From the IMG/VR virus record IMGVR_UViG_3300035445_000118: a DNA stretch of 64,000 nucleotides; one strand, written 5' to 3'. Under the pieces are notes generated by a model. The model was not told where the DNA came from, made no database searches, and saw nothing but the letters and a program-made list of their open reading frames with translations. This document shows positions 47,444-57,204 of the stretch, one piece after another. Source of the DNA: an uncultured virus (IMG/VR IMGVR_UViG_3300035445_000118) (lineage: Duplodnaviria > Heunggongvirae > Uroviricota > Caudoviricetes). A program made the position numbers and the translations under genes. Positions within the stretch are counted from its first letter, which is position 1; every line of letters starts with the position of its first letter.

Positions 47444-49168
47444 TTACGCCGACGACTCTGCCGACCCTTCCGGCAGCGCCAACTGCTTGAACTGCCCGCC
47501 GCCCTGCTGGTGGACGTTTTTGCCCGCCTGCCGGGCTTTTTCCAGGTTGGCCTGGTTCTCCAGGTCCCACTGGTGCTGGCGTTCGGCCTCGGCCTGCTGC
47601 TGGCGCTGGCGTTCCTTCATCTCGATCTGGGCTTTTTCGTAGGTGAAGGTCGGATTTTTGACCAGCCCACTCTGGCGCAAGGCGGACACCGAGTCCATCA
47701 TGCCGTTCGACGCGAGGAACTGCGTCCAATGCAACGCTACTTCCCAATCCACGCGGTCCAGGTACGGCCAGTCAATGTCCACCGGACCTACCACGATACG
47801 CGGGTCGGTGAGTTTGCGGGTGCGCAACCACACGTCGATCAACTCGCGCAGCCCGTCCTGGGGATGTTCGCCCTGACCCTCCCCTTCGAGGGCCAGCCGC
47901 CGCGCTTCGATGAACTGCCAGAACGGCGGCATCTGGGTATCGGCACTAGCCCGGCTGCCCTGGATAGCCGCGCCCCACACCGCTTCGGGCAGTCCGACAT
48001 GCTCCAACATCAGCAGGAACAGCGTGCCCAGCAGCGAGATGATGTCGGCGGTGAACCCGACCGGCGGGGAGGCGAATTTGAAGGAGGCATCTTTCCCCAG
48101 CACCATCAAGGTCCGGGTGTCGAAGTTGAACACCGCGCGCTCGTCGGGATTGCCGTCGATGTCGGTATAGTCTTCCTCCCCGTCGACCGGAGCATTCGCC
48201 GCTAAGATCTGGTCGGGATTCTCCGCCCCTTCGACCACCGGCAGGGGATTGCCCATCAACTCCCCCCCGTCCAGCCCCTTAAGGATTAAGGTATCGTAAT
48301 GGGCATACACGTCGAACAAGGCTTCGTCAATGGGATGGCCGTAAATTTCATTGACCCCCCGGTCGTTGGGAAAATGCACGACGGGAATCCGCCCGATCAG
48401 GTTACTGAAGGTTTCCGTCAGCGTCTCGTTGGTCCGTCCACTCAACGGTTTGATGGTCACCGTGCGCCACGAGGCGTCGTATTCCTCTTTGACCTCAAAC
48501 TTATCCAGCCGGGTGGTCACCGTGACTTTGATGGTCTCGCGGTAATCGGTGGGATTCCACTCTTTGTCGACCAGTTGGGGGGAAATCACCGACAGGGTAG
48601 CATCGGGATTGACCGCCACGAACTGGTCGCCCAGCGACATCGAATCGTCCGTCAATTTCAGCAGCAGTTCGCGGTAATCCTTCAGGAAGCGTTCCAATTC
48701 CTTGTTGGTGTACCGCTTGTTGCGTTCATCGCCCTGAGCGTTTTCGGAGAGCGTCGCGGCCACGCCGCCGCGCCAGATGTAGCTGGCAATGGTCGAGGTG
48801 AGTCGTTTGCGGAATAAGCCCCCGAACCGAAAGCCTTCGGCTTTGCCCCGGCGCAGGCGATCCCAGAACTGGTAATCGATCTGGGTGGCGTCCACCGCCT
48901 TGGCGATGCGCAGCTTCCACAGCGGCAGCACGGAGACCTCCCGCCCAATCATCTCCGAGGCAGTGGCGGCATACCCGCGCAGCTCGCGCATGTCGGTCGC
49001 AATGGTCGTCAGGGCGTAGGGGCGCTCCGAATCGGCACTGATGATGCCCTGCGCCAGCATCTCCTTATGCACGTCCGAGGGGCTGGCAAACCCCTTGTGC
49101 ATACACGCCAGCACAAAACGCTTGCGCTGCTCGCGCGTAATCGGGGTGTACACCGTGGGTTTGCCCAT
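47444..49168 (-). CDS. portal protein with N-terminal HTH-like extension
   Basis: After TerL; N.IGRIPVVHFPN...G motif typical of SPP1-like portals. Confidence 0.8.
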   Translation of the reverse strand: MGKPTVYTPITREQRKRFVLACMHKGFASPSDVHKEMLAQGIISADSERPYALTTIATDMRELRGYAATASEMIGREVSVLPLWKLRIAKAVDATQIDYQFWDRLRRGKAEGFRFGGLFRKRLTSTIASYIWRGGVAATLSENAQGDERNKRYTNKELERFLKDYRELLLKLTDDSMSLGDQFVAVNPDATLSVISPQLVDKEWNPTDYRETIKVTVTTRLDKFEVKEEYDASWRTVTIKPLSGRTNETLTETFSNLIGRIPVVHFPNDRGVNEIYGHPIDEALFDVYAHYDTLILKGLDGGELMGNPLPVVEGAENPDQILAANAPVDGEEDYTDIDGNPDERAVFNFDTRTLMVLGKDASFKFASPPVGFTADIISLLGTLFLLMLEHVGLPEAVWGAAIQGSRASADTQMPPFWQFIEARRLALEGEGQGEHPQDGLRELIDVWLRTRKLTDPRIVVGPVDIDWPYLDRVDWEVALHWTQFLASNGMMDSVSALRQSGLVKNPTFTYEKAQIEMKERQRQQQAEAERQHQWDLENQANLEKARQAGKNVHQQGGGQFKQLALPEGSAESSA

Positions 49169-49169
49169 C

Positions 49170-49715
49170 TCAGGCCACGTACAGTCCAAACTCGAACTTC
49201 AGATCGGTCGTCTGCGTGTAGGTCGGCGTCCCGGTATTGATCACCGGCAGGATGAACAGCCACTCCATCGACTCGAAGTTGATCAGGGTAGAGCCGGACA
49301 GACTCAACCCCGCCAGCGCCAGGGAGGTGCCCGTCGGCGTGCGATAATCCGCCGCTGCAACGGCGATTTTATCGGGCAGGGCCAGGGCGTCCAGGTCGGC
49401 AATGACGGGCGTCCAGGCGGCGTTATCTACGCCCAGGGTGGTCGGGATGCGGTCGAACACCCAGAAGTCAATAGCGATTTTGAGATTGCGGGCGTCGGTG
49501 ATCTTCACCCCGCCGATAAAGCCCATGCCTTTGGCACTTTGCACATTGAGCGCCAGCAGGCCCATCAACACATCGTTGGCCGCATAGATGCTGGTGCTGT
49601 TGGCAGGAGCGGTCGAGGTGACGGCGAAGGTGGTCAGACTGGTGACGCGCTGCACGGGGTAGACCGGGGAGCTGTTGTAATAATGCCGAAACTGCCACAT
49701 CAAGGGGTCCATCAT
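49170..49715 (-). CDS. hypothetical protein, possibly virion-associated
   Basis: Thr/Ala-rich beta protein between TerL and portal. Confidence 0.55.
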   Translation of the reverse strand: MMDPLMWQFRHYYNSSPVYPVQRVTSLTTFAVTSTAPANSTSIYAANDVLMGLLALNVQSAKGMGFIGGVKITDARNLKIAIDFWVFDRIPTTLGVDNAAWTPVIADLDALALPDKIAVAAADYRTPTGTSLALAGLSLSGSTLINFESMEWLFILPVINTGTPTYTQTTDLKFEFGLYVA

Positions 49716-51139
49716 TACTCCTGGGGGGTTTCATGACCCCGGACTCTACGTGAACGCTGATCTTTAGTATACCTCAAGTGTTGGCTGGCATACAATCCCT
49801 GGACGGGGATACGCCGCACGCTGGTGCGGGACATGCGGCTCAGATAGGTCAACCCATGCACCAGGGCATCCAGCCGGTCGGGGGATTTCTGCCCGGACAG
49901 CGGTTCCCACAGCGCCATCTGCTCTTCCAAATAGGGAAATAGGCCGACATGGTGCACCAGCCCCCGCTGGTAGAGGGCGACGACCGGTTCGGCGCGCAAG
50001 GCTTTCCCGCGATGGGCCGTGATCACCAGGATGGGCAGGTCCCTCCCCCCGCGCACCGTGCGCAGGGTATGCTCGACCATCTCCCCGCCAAAGTTCTTTT
50101 CCGCAATCACCAGGTTGGCCGATTTGCGCGCAAAAGAGGTCACGACCTGTAAGGCCCAGTCGCCCGGTTTGCCTGCCAGGCTATCGTCGGCCACGACATA
50201 AAAATGCCCATGTGCCGCCGCCGAGATGACAATCCCGCATTCGGCCACACTGCCAGGGGGATCGACTGCCACCACGATGTAGTCCAGATCGGGGGCGAAG
50301 TCCACGCGCGTGGCCTCGATCAGCGCATGGGTCCACAGGGCACCGGGGGCTTCGTCCACGTCGAGGGCTTCGATTTCCTGCTGGTAGGCCAGGGCGGTCA
50401 TATCCTGGGCGACTTCCTCCACCGCACCGGGGGGCAGGTAAGGATTCTCCTTCGACGAGAAGTGAAAGACCTCCCACAGTCCACTGCCGTCCTGCTGGGC
50501 CTTTTTGAACAGCTTGGCGGCATGGCGAGGGTCGCGCGCTTTGGACCGGGCCGTGGAATGCAAACTGGGGGGCGTATAGATGAACAGGGCCCGCCCGCGC
50601 GTATCCATCAGCATGGGGGCACCGACCTCGGCCCAGATCGCTTCATCCATCAACTGGTACTCGTCGAAGATGATCAGATCGGCGGTGTCACCGCGCAGGT
50701 GGTCGGGGGACCACCCCGTCATGGCCCGGATGCGAAACAGGGTGCCAGGACGTTCGATGATGTGTTTGGTTTCGTTGAGGTAATACAACCCCGCCTCAAT
50801 CGGCTCGCGCAGCGCTTGTTTGACTTCATACCAGAAGCGATCCACCTGATTCGAGGTCGGAGAAACATACAGGACCCGCCCCCCCTCCTTGATCTGCGTC
50901 ATCGATCCGTCGGGAGCGAACTGGAAGCCCAGAAACTCGGCCACCGCCTCCATCGCGCTGGTGACGGTTTTGCCGCCCCGCCGTCCAGCGCGCATGATCT
51001 TGCGAAGGGCCCGTGAGGCCAGGCACGCCATCTGATGGATATGGGGACGCGGATCGGGCAGATGGATTTGCAGGTCAATGACCTGACCGGCGGAGGCCGG
51101 GGCCGTGGTGGTCGTTTTGGGCGTCGCGCGACGGGGCAT
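49715..51139 (-). CDS. terL: terminase large subunit
   Basis: AGRRGGKT Walker A, LRG..IIFDE Walker B, VAVDP, AEKNFGG, SPDRLDA nuclease motifs. Confidence 0.95.
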   Translation of the reverse strand: MPRRATPKTTTTAPASAGQVIDLQIHLPDPRPHIHQMACLASRALRKIMRAGRRGGKTVTSAMEAVAEFLGFQFAPDGSMTQIKEGGRVLYVSPTSNQVDRFWYEVKQALREPIEAGLYYLNETKHIIERPGTLFRIRAMTGWSPDHLRGDTADLIIFDEYQLMDEAIWAEVGAPMLMDTRGRALFIYTPPSLHSTARSKARDPRHAAKLFKKAQQDGSGLWEVFHFSSKENPYLPPGAVEEVAQDMTALAYQQEIEALDVDEAPGALWTHALIEATRVDFAPDLDYIVVAVDPPGSVAECGIVISAAAHGHFYVVADDSLAGKPGDWALQVVTSFARKSANLVIAEKNFGGEMVEHTLRTVRGGRDLPILVITAHRGKALRAEPVVALYQRGLVHHVGLFPYLEEQMALWEPLSGQKSPDRLDALVHGLTYLSRMSRTSVRRIPVQGLYASQHLRYTKDQRSRRVRGHETPQE

Positions 51140-51189
51140 ACAATGTCCTCAATTCCTTGAGGACATCGTAACACAGCGTATAGATAACG

Positions 51190-52029
51190 TCAATCTTTTC
51201 GGAAGATCAGTACGTCCTCTACATTCACAATGGGCAAACCATGCTCCCGACGTCGGCGCTGCCATAACGAGGGATTGTCGATCAACCGCGCATGGCGTGC
51301 CACCAACTCTAGCCCCATGTTTTGGACTTCGACGACGGTTTGTCCTACCACATCCACCAGCTTCCCGCGCCGGTAGTGGTTTTTGAGAACAACGATCATC
51401 AGTCCCCCGGCGGGCACCAGATCCGCCAGATGGCCATAGATGGTTCGCATGTCCGTCCAGTAATTCCGCCCTGATTTGTTTCCGGTGTTGGCGCGCCCGC
51501 CAGCATAGCGGAAGCCAGCGGCAAATGAAGCATGGTTCGGCTGCTGGATGTACCGATCCCATCGTGGACCGTGCTGTTTCTCTCTCATAATGCGCGCTCG
51601 GCGCTCATTGGAGATTCCATTTCCCGTTTCAAATCCGTAGGGCGGGCTGAACAGGATATGATCGAACGGCGGGCAGACAAGTGTCTTCGCGTCGGCCTGG
51701 TCAATGTCGATCAGCCCCGCGAACAGTCCGCCGACCTGGTGGATTAGCGGTACGCTGACCTGCATGAGTGCAACATAATCTGGGATGATGTCGCGCAGGA
51801 TGACATGGCGCTGTTGTGTGGCCGCGAGCATCAACGATCCCGTCCCGGCCATTGGATCAAGCAGCGTCTCACCGGGTGCAGTATAGAGGTCGATCAGGCG
51901 TTGGAGCAGTCCTAGATGGAGTTTGGCGGGGTGCGAAAATACCTCCTCAGCAAACAACCGTCGTCGAATAGGCGTATCCACTGGAAAGGTCCAGGGAATT
52001 ATCTCGACCCCATCCAAGACCGCACTCAT
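51190..52029 (-). CDS. DNA methyltransferase (N4-C/N6-A, SPPY)
   Basis: HPAK, LDPMAGTGS, FSPPY. Confidence 0.85.
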   Translation of the reverse strand: MSAVLDGVEIIPWTFPVDTPIRRRLFAEEVFSHPAKLHLGLLQRLIDLYTAPGETLLDPMAGTGSLMLAATQQRHVILRDIIPDYVALMQVSVPLIHQVGGLFAGLIDIDQADAKTLVCPPFDHILFSPPYGFETGNGISNERRARIMREKQHGPRWDRYIQQPNHASFAAGFRYAGGRANTGNKSGRNYWTDMRTIYGHLADLVPAGGLMIVVLKNHYRRGKLVDVVGQTVVEVQNMGLELVARHARLIDNPSLWQRRRREHGLPIVNVEDVLIFRKD

Positions 52030-52271
52030 CCAACCACCGCCTTGACATGCCGGTCCAACTCCCAGTGGAAGTCGAGCCAGCGCCGCTGGAGGGTGACGCC
52101 GTGTTCGAACACGGCCTGGGGCGTGCCGGTGCCGGGGCGAGCGACGTAGGCCAGCCGGACGGCGGGATTGAGGGCCTGCGCGCGCTGCTCGACGAGCCGC
52201 CAGTAGGCAAGTTCGCGGCGGTAGGTCCAGGACGACCAAGCGAAGGAGAGATGGGCATAGAGGGCGGTCAT
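52026..52271 (-). CDS. hypothetical protein
   Basis: GGAGG RBS; ATGA overlaps. Confidence 0.5.
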   Translation of the reverse strand: MTALYAHLSFAWSSWTYRRELAYWRLVEQRAQALNPAVRLAYVARPGTGTPQAVFEHGVTLQRRWLDFHWELDRHVKAVVG

Positions 52272-52522
52272 GAGAGACCTCCGAAGGGCCACTCTTCCGC
52301 CCGCGCTTCCCGTTCGTGGATAATATCCTGGTTTTCCGCCCGCCAACACTCTATCGAACAATACTGACGGGTATAGAGCCACCCCGCCAATCCCATCCGT
52401 TCTTCTTCTATCCAGCCCTCTGGGGGATGCCAATCTGTCATGCCACTATTTATAACCAAGGGCATCGCGACTTCCCGACCGCAATGATCGCAGTGTACCA
52501 ACATTACCGACATGTAGCTCAT
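52268..52522 (-). CDS. zinc-binding small protein
   Basis: CDHCG..P.GW..CSIEC. Confidence 0.55.
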   Translation of the reverse strand: MSYMSVMLVHCDHCGREVAMPLVINSGMTDWHPPEGWIEEERMGLAGWLYTRQYCSIECWRAENQDIIHEREARAEEWPFGGLS

Positions 52523-52758
52523 TCCGCCGCCTCCCTTCTCAAGATCGCCACGTGTTCCGAAAACGTCAGCATCCGTCCCCCACTGGTCCAGCGCGAGAGA
52601 TAACAGCCCCGCTCATTGATCCGCAACACGGCGTAGGGGCAATGGTCGGTCCGGTTCCAGATCACCTCGCGGAGATGGGCGGAGACGCCCTGATTCTGCA
52701 ACGCTTTGACCACTAAGGTCCAATATCGCCGATCCTGTTGAAGACGGGTCTGGTTCAT
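52519..52758 (-). CDS. hypothetical protein
   Basis: Coupled. Confidence 0.5.
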   Translation of the reverse strand: MNQTRLQQDRRYWTLVVKALQNQGVSAHLREVIWNRTDHCPYAVLRINERGCYLSRWTSGGRMLTFSEHVAILRREAAE

Positions 52759-53033
52759 TCCGTCGCCGCTTCGGTTTTTTCCACACGATTACCAACCCCG
52801 GTCTCAAAGAGCAGACTGGAAGGTTGTCCTGGCCCTGCGCCACACACGAGGGGTGGTCCCCCCGCCAATATCAAACGGGGGCGGAAATCGGTGTAACGCA
52901 GTGGTTCCGACAGGCGGATTTGCTCTTCCAGTTCCTCCAGCACCCAGAGGGGCGCATGAAGCAGCAGATGCCACTCCCCATGCTCAGTCCACAGTTCAGC
53001 ACGCAGGTCGAGGCGTCCAGAATTCATCGTCAT
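52755..53033 (-). CDS. hypothetical protein
   Basis: Coupled; AGGA RBS. Confidence 0.45.
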   Translation of the reverse strand: MTMNSGRLDLRAELWTEHGEWHLLLHAPLWVLEELEEQIRLSEPLRYTDFRPRLILAGGPPLVCGAGPGQPSSLLFETGVGNRVEKTEAATE

Positions 53034-53281
53034 TCCTTTTCCTCCGTCGCCGTCTGCGCGTCCCGCCACGTCTGGTGGCAGGTCGGGGAGCAGAAGTGGT
53101 ACTCATGCTGCGCCGTGATGGTGAACGTCCCCGCCTGCGTTTGAAAGTGGGTCAAGGTCGTCCATCCCGAAGGGGCCGATGGAGGCCGAGCAGAGGTCGT
53201 GTCCCCGATGGTTTCGATCCCCGCCAGAGTCCGCTTCCCACAGTGGTCACACTCATGGTACCACGTCGCTTTCAGGGTCAC
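53030..53281 (-). CDS. zinc-binding small protein
   Basis: CDHCG..P.GW..CSPTC. Confidence 0.55.
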   Translation of the reverse strand: MTLKATWYHECDHCGKRTLAGIETIGDTTSARPPSAPSGWTTLTHFQTQAGTFTITAQHEYHFCSPTCHQTWRDAQTATEEKE

Positions 53282-53580
53282 GTTTCGCTCCCCGCTTTCT
53301 GCCGCACCGCCTGCGCCTTGTCCAACATCGCCTCCATCTGATCGTCAGTCGGCAAATAAGAGACAGTCATCCGTGCATAGGGGGATAGGGCAGATAGGAT
53401 CGTTTTCTGCAACGGGTCCTGAGATGCAGCATTCCGTACTTGAAGAAACAACAACGTCAGTTCACGGTCGGTTTTGTCTCGAACCTCTTCCTCCAGTTCT
53501 TCTCGCCAGGCCAGCAGATCGTCCAGGCGATCCTGGAATGTCAGGCGCTTTGATTTGCGTTTGATACGTCGATTGAACAT
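53278..53580 (-). CDS. hypothetical protein
   Basis: GAGGAG RBS before ATG at 53580. Confidence 0.6.
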   Translation of the reverse strand: MFNRRIKRKSKRLTFQDRLDDLLAWREELEEEVRDKTDRELTLLFLQVRNAASQDPLQKTILSALSPYARMTVSYLPTDDQMEAMLDKAQAVRQKAGSET

Positions 53581-53686
53581 CCGATTCTCTCCTCTCATAT
53601 CATCGGGGATACCGGGATCGCGCCGCTTTCGGCGGTGGGTGGGGGGAAGAAAGCCTCCAGCAGTTTGAGCGCGACCCCTGTGGAGT

Positions 53687-53715
53687 AGTATATACGATCT
53701 GGTGGTGGTTGGCAA
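53687..53715 (-). promoter_or_regulatory. sigma70-type promoter
   Basis: TTGCCA-N17-TATACT on the - strand. Confidence 0.7.
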
Positions 53716-54263
53716 GGGGGAGGTCAGAAGTCAGCGTAAGAACTTCTTCCAGGGCGGGTGTTTATTCACCCTACCAACCACTCAGTCCTGCGCTGAACCG
53801 GTGCTGGGGGACTGGCGGACATGCCCGCTCTTTGTCGCGCCCTGTATGTGCAGTATAGCCGTGATTGGTCCAGTTGTATAGGGTTGGGATGAGAACTCGC
53901 CGGAAGATCACCGAAAACCAAGGTTTATTAAGATGGCTTCGCGTAACGTGCGGACGCCTTTATGGTTGGCGAGGCAAAACGCGCGATTTGGCGAGGCAAG
54001 TGTTGGGGCGTGAAGTGAGATGAGGTGGCGGATTAATGCAACGGGGTATATATTGCTGAGATAGCCACCCACCCCCTCCCCGCCGTAGGCCACCGGCTAA
54101 CAGATCACCGGTGCCGGTCTCACCGCGAAGCTGCGCGCGCTGGCCAGCACAGCCGCACGAGCGACGCAAACCGCCGTCACTGCTACATAAGAAATGGTTG
54201 TAACATAATAAAAACTATGTCACACCTCACACGGGGAGAAACGACCTNGACGCTGGGCGCATT

Positions 54264-54293
54264 AGAACAAAACAGCCCATAGAAGGGCTGTTG
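54264..54293 (-). terminator. intrinsic terminator after TerS-like gene
   Basis: AACAGCCC/GGGCTGTT stem followed by TTGTT on the - strand. Confidence 0.55.
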
Positions 54294-54323
54294 TCTATAC
54301 ACATNNGCTTAGTTGTATAGCAA

Positions 54324-55019
54324 TCAGGGCTGTTGGTCACCATCTACCACGTCGCCCTCAATGACATCGCCTGCCGTCGCGCTGTCCGGGCCCATGCTGG
54401 GCGCAAGCTGCGCTGGGGGTGGCCCAGAAAAGTGTATGCTGAGGTTGTAGGATGTGTTCGTGCTGCCTGCCTGGCTCGCTTGGCGATATTTGGCATTGTT
54501 CGCCCGTAGCAGCTCGATGTGGAGTCGTTCGGGATACTCTCTATAGATCTCCTCTGTACCGCCCTTGTGGTAGATTCTACGCTCTACGCCATTAAGTACC
54601 CTGTCCATTGCGACATCTTCCAGCATCATCGCACCGGCCGCGTAGTGATCATGTACCACCTGCTTAAGCGAGGGATCGGCTCGCATCGCATCATACACGG
54701 CCATACGAGACACGCCACAGGCGGCCGCTGCTTTCGTGATATTAGGGTATTCGGCCAGCGCGGCCAGAAAAGCCGGAAGCCAGCCGCGCGTATTTTCGTA
54801 TTTTTTTGTGGGATATAGCTCCATTTTGTGGGATTCCTGTGGGATAACTTCCCCGCCCAGATCCCCCGTGTTTTCGCTCGCGTTATCCCGCATGGTCACC
54901 CCTCTCGCACGTTCGCCTGGCTGTGCGCTGGCCATACTCTCACCGCTCACAACCGGCTGTGTAGCGTCGTCTAGCGTGTGCTGTGGCGTATCATGTGCGT
55001 CGTGTGCTGTGCTGGCCAT
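54324..55019 (-). CDS. terminase small subunit-like protein
   Basis: FLAALAEYPNITKAAAACGVSRMAVY HTH, LEDVAMDRV.NG, Y.ERL..LL pattern. Confidence 0.7.
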   Translation of the reverse strand: MASTAHDAHDTPQHTLDDATQPVVSGESMASAQPGERARGVTMRDNASENTGDLGGEVIPQESHKMELYPTKKYENTRGWLPAFLAALAEYPNITKAAAACGVSRMAVYDAMRADPSLKQVVHDHYAAGAMMLEDVAMDRVLNGVERRIYHKGGTEEIYREYPERLHIELLRANNAKYRQASQAGSTNTSYNLSIHFSGPPPAQLAPSMGPDSATAGDVIEGDVVDGDQQP

Positions 55020-55105
55020 ATAGTTACCTCGTGGAGATCCTATCCCTTGAATTGTGAACGTTGGATGAATAATCGGTTTCTCGTGGTTTTCCCTGAAATT
55101 GGTTA

Positions 55106-55134
55106 TTGACATACTACCGCATATCGTATATACT
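55106..55134 (+). promoter_or_regulatory. strong sigma70-type early promoter
   Basis: TTGACA-N17-TATACT with AT-rich upstream sequence. Confidence 0.8.
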
Positions 55135-55197
55135 GTATGTAATGAAGTGAAGCAATCAACCTACGCAGAGTGTACCACAGAAAGCAGGGGAACGACA

Positions 55198-55386
55198 ATG
55201 GACATCAACCTCTACAACACCATCGCACTCCTAGTGTTCTTTGCAATCATCCCCTGGATTGTCCGCAGCGCCGAAAATAAGAATGTCCGCGATAACGTGA
55301 CCTTCGAGCAATGGGCAGGCGGCATCGTTCGTGACCTCATACTCACCCACGCGCAGAATCATCCCTACAACGTCAAGCAATCATAA
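55198..55386 (+). CDS. small membrane protein
   Basis: N-terminal TM helix; AGGGG RBS. Confidence 0.5.
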   Translation: MDINLYNTIALLVFFAIIPWIVRSAENKNVRDNVTFEQWAGGIVRDLILTHAQNHPYNVKQS

Positions 55387-55408
55387 CTCAATATAGAGGA
55401 GAGAAACC

Positions 55409-55681
55409 ATGTTCAGACGCAATCGGAAGACTCAGAAAAGCCAGTATCCAGACGAACAGACCTTCGAAGCGCATTTTAACACCTATGGCGAGATTGAATT
55501 GTGCCAGATTGACCGGGAAACCGGACTCGCCCTGGTGTTAGTCGGTCGTTTCAATAGCACGACTCTCCGCCTGTGGCAAAAGGCCAATGCCGTGGAAACC
55601 AGCCGGATTATCTGGGGCCGCGACAATGCCGCCGCTGACTTGATCTGGACCCGCAAGCATGGGTTTGGCCAGGACTACTAG
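55409..55681 (+). CDS. hypothetical protein
   Basis: GAGGAG RBS. Confidence 0.6.
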   Translation: MFRRNRKTQKSQYPDEQTFEAHFNTYGEIELCQIDRETGLALVLVGRFNSTTLRLWQKANAVETSRIIWGRDNAAADLIWTRKHGFGQDY

Positions 55682-55723
55682 ACCACCTTATCAGCCGACT
55701 TTAGCCATGAGGAGCACAAGATC

Positions 55724-56173
55724 ATGTTGAACACCAATTCGTTGTACTACACTGAAAACCCTTACCGCTGGGAGTATCTCCAAGAGGAACAGACTGAAAG
55801 CGAATTGTCATCCTTGGCGGACCGGCTGTTAGGCGACTTCTATGAAGCGTACTACCGGCGCCAGATCAAGCGCTGGGATTGGAAACAGATTCGCGAAGAC
55901 GCTGAAAACAACCCGCAAACGTCCATGGACGGCGACTCCTATGGATCGTGCTTTATCGGTACCGTGTTCGACTTGAATCCCAGCGGAAAGTATTGGACGT
56001 GCTGGGCCATGGGCAATGTGGATCGACTCGAAGCGATTCAAGACACCGCATTTACGGAAGCGCTCGACTCCATTGCAAACAGCCGGGATATGTGGATCGA
56101 ATCAGGCGAGGGTGATCCCTGTGATTTGTACGCTTGCATCGGTCTCGACTCGGATGAAAGCGAAGACTTGTAA
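55724..56173 (+). CDS. hypothetical acidic protein
   Basis: GAGGAG RBS; Asp/Glu-rich. Confidence 0.6.
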   Translation: MLNTNSLYYTENPYRWEYLQEEQTESELSSLADRLLGDFYEAYYRRQIKRWDWKQIREDAENNPQTSMDGDSYGSCFIGTVFDLNPSGKYWTCWAMGNVDRLEAIQDTAFTEALDSIANSRDMWIESGEGDPCDLYACIGLDSDESEDL

Positions 56174-56247
56174 GCTGACACCAGCTGGCCTAATGGGAAT
56201 TAGACCAGTCTGTCAGGTGACAAGTTAATCAAGAGGAGTGTACTGCC

Positions 56248-56454
56248 ATGAAAACGACCCTGTACCGCCTTTACCTGAAGTATCGCGCGCACCAGCTGCG
56301 CCAATCGTGGCAAACGTTGGATCGTCTGAACGCCCGCGCCCACGCGAATCAGGACGTCGCCGCGCTGGCGTATTGTGTGGAGCACTACGCGACCCTGTAC
56401 CGCCAGTCTGAAAGTCTGCTGTTATCGGCCCATCAATACGGGCTTATGAGATAA
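56248..56454 (+). CDS. hypothetical protein
   Basis: GAGGAG RBS. Confidence 0.55.
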   Translation: MKTTLYRLYLKYRAHQLRQSWQTLDRLNARAHANQDVAALAYCVEHYATLYRQSESLLLSAHQYGLMR

Positions 56455-56469
56455 GAGGAGAGAATCGCC

Positions 56470-56847
56470 ATGTTAACTTGTAGTCGGTGTCACAAAGAAA
56501 TTGATGATAGCCAAGTCGGGCCGTTGGGGGAGCACTTTGGAGAATGTGGCCGGGATGAAAACGAACAGCCGGTTTGCTACGTGTGCTGTGCCATCTGGGA
56601 CTCGGAACTGATGAAAGCCCAACACAAAACTGTGTTGTATCTCTCCAAGTCCAAAACCGGTCAATGGTTGGTTTCCAATTGGCCCGGTACGCTCCAGATC
56701 AGAGTGCATCAACCGCGTAAGGGTCGTCACAATATCGCCCGGACCCGCTATGATGTCTGGTTCCGTTATGCCGGGCTGTGCTGGCATGGCGTCCAATATG
56801 GGGAATGGACTCAGATTCTCCATTGCAAGGTCGTCAAACCCTTCTGA
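56470..56847 (+). CDS. hypothetical Zn-binding protein
   Basis: GAGGAG RBS; CSRC, CYVCC. Confidence 0.6.
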   Translation: MLTCSRCHKEIDDSQVGPLGEHFGECGRDENEQPVCYVCCAIWDSELMKAQHKTVLYLSKSKTGQWLVSNWPGTLQIRVHQPRKGRHNIARTRYDVWFRYAGLCWHGVQYGEWTQILHCKVVKPF

Positions 56848-56931
56848 TTGCTGGTCACTGAGAGCGGACAAGTTAAGCGCTTGTCCGCTCCATTGTGCGC
56901 AGCAGTCTTAGCCAAGAGGAGTAAGTCAACT

Positions 56932-57204
56932 ATGAAGCTCTCACCCTTACCTGAAAATCGGCAGTATGATCGAGTCCGCGTCTTAATCCCTGATTTTTCC
57001 CTGCACAGTATTGAGGTCTGGTTTTGTTGGACGTCGCCAGACCGGGCGAGTCACCTCCAGACCTATACGATCAAAACCTGGCAGCTCAATAACCTGGCCC
57101 GCTTCATGGCCCGCAAGGGATTGCACCCGGTCTCTCAGGACCCTACCACACGCGGACTCGCGATCTGGTATGCCCGGAATCTAAATTCAGAATCTAAAAT
57201 CTGA
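56932..57204 (+). CDS. hypothetical protein
   Basis: GAGGAG RBS. Confidence 0.55.
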   Translation: MKLSPLPENRQYDRVRVLIPDFSLHSIEVWFCWTSPDRASHLQTYTIKTWQLNNLARFMARKGLHPVSQDPTTRGLAIWYARNLNSESKI

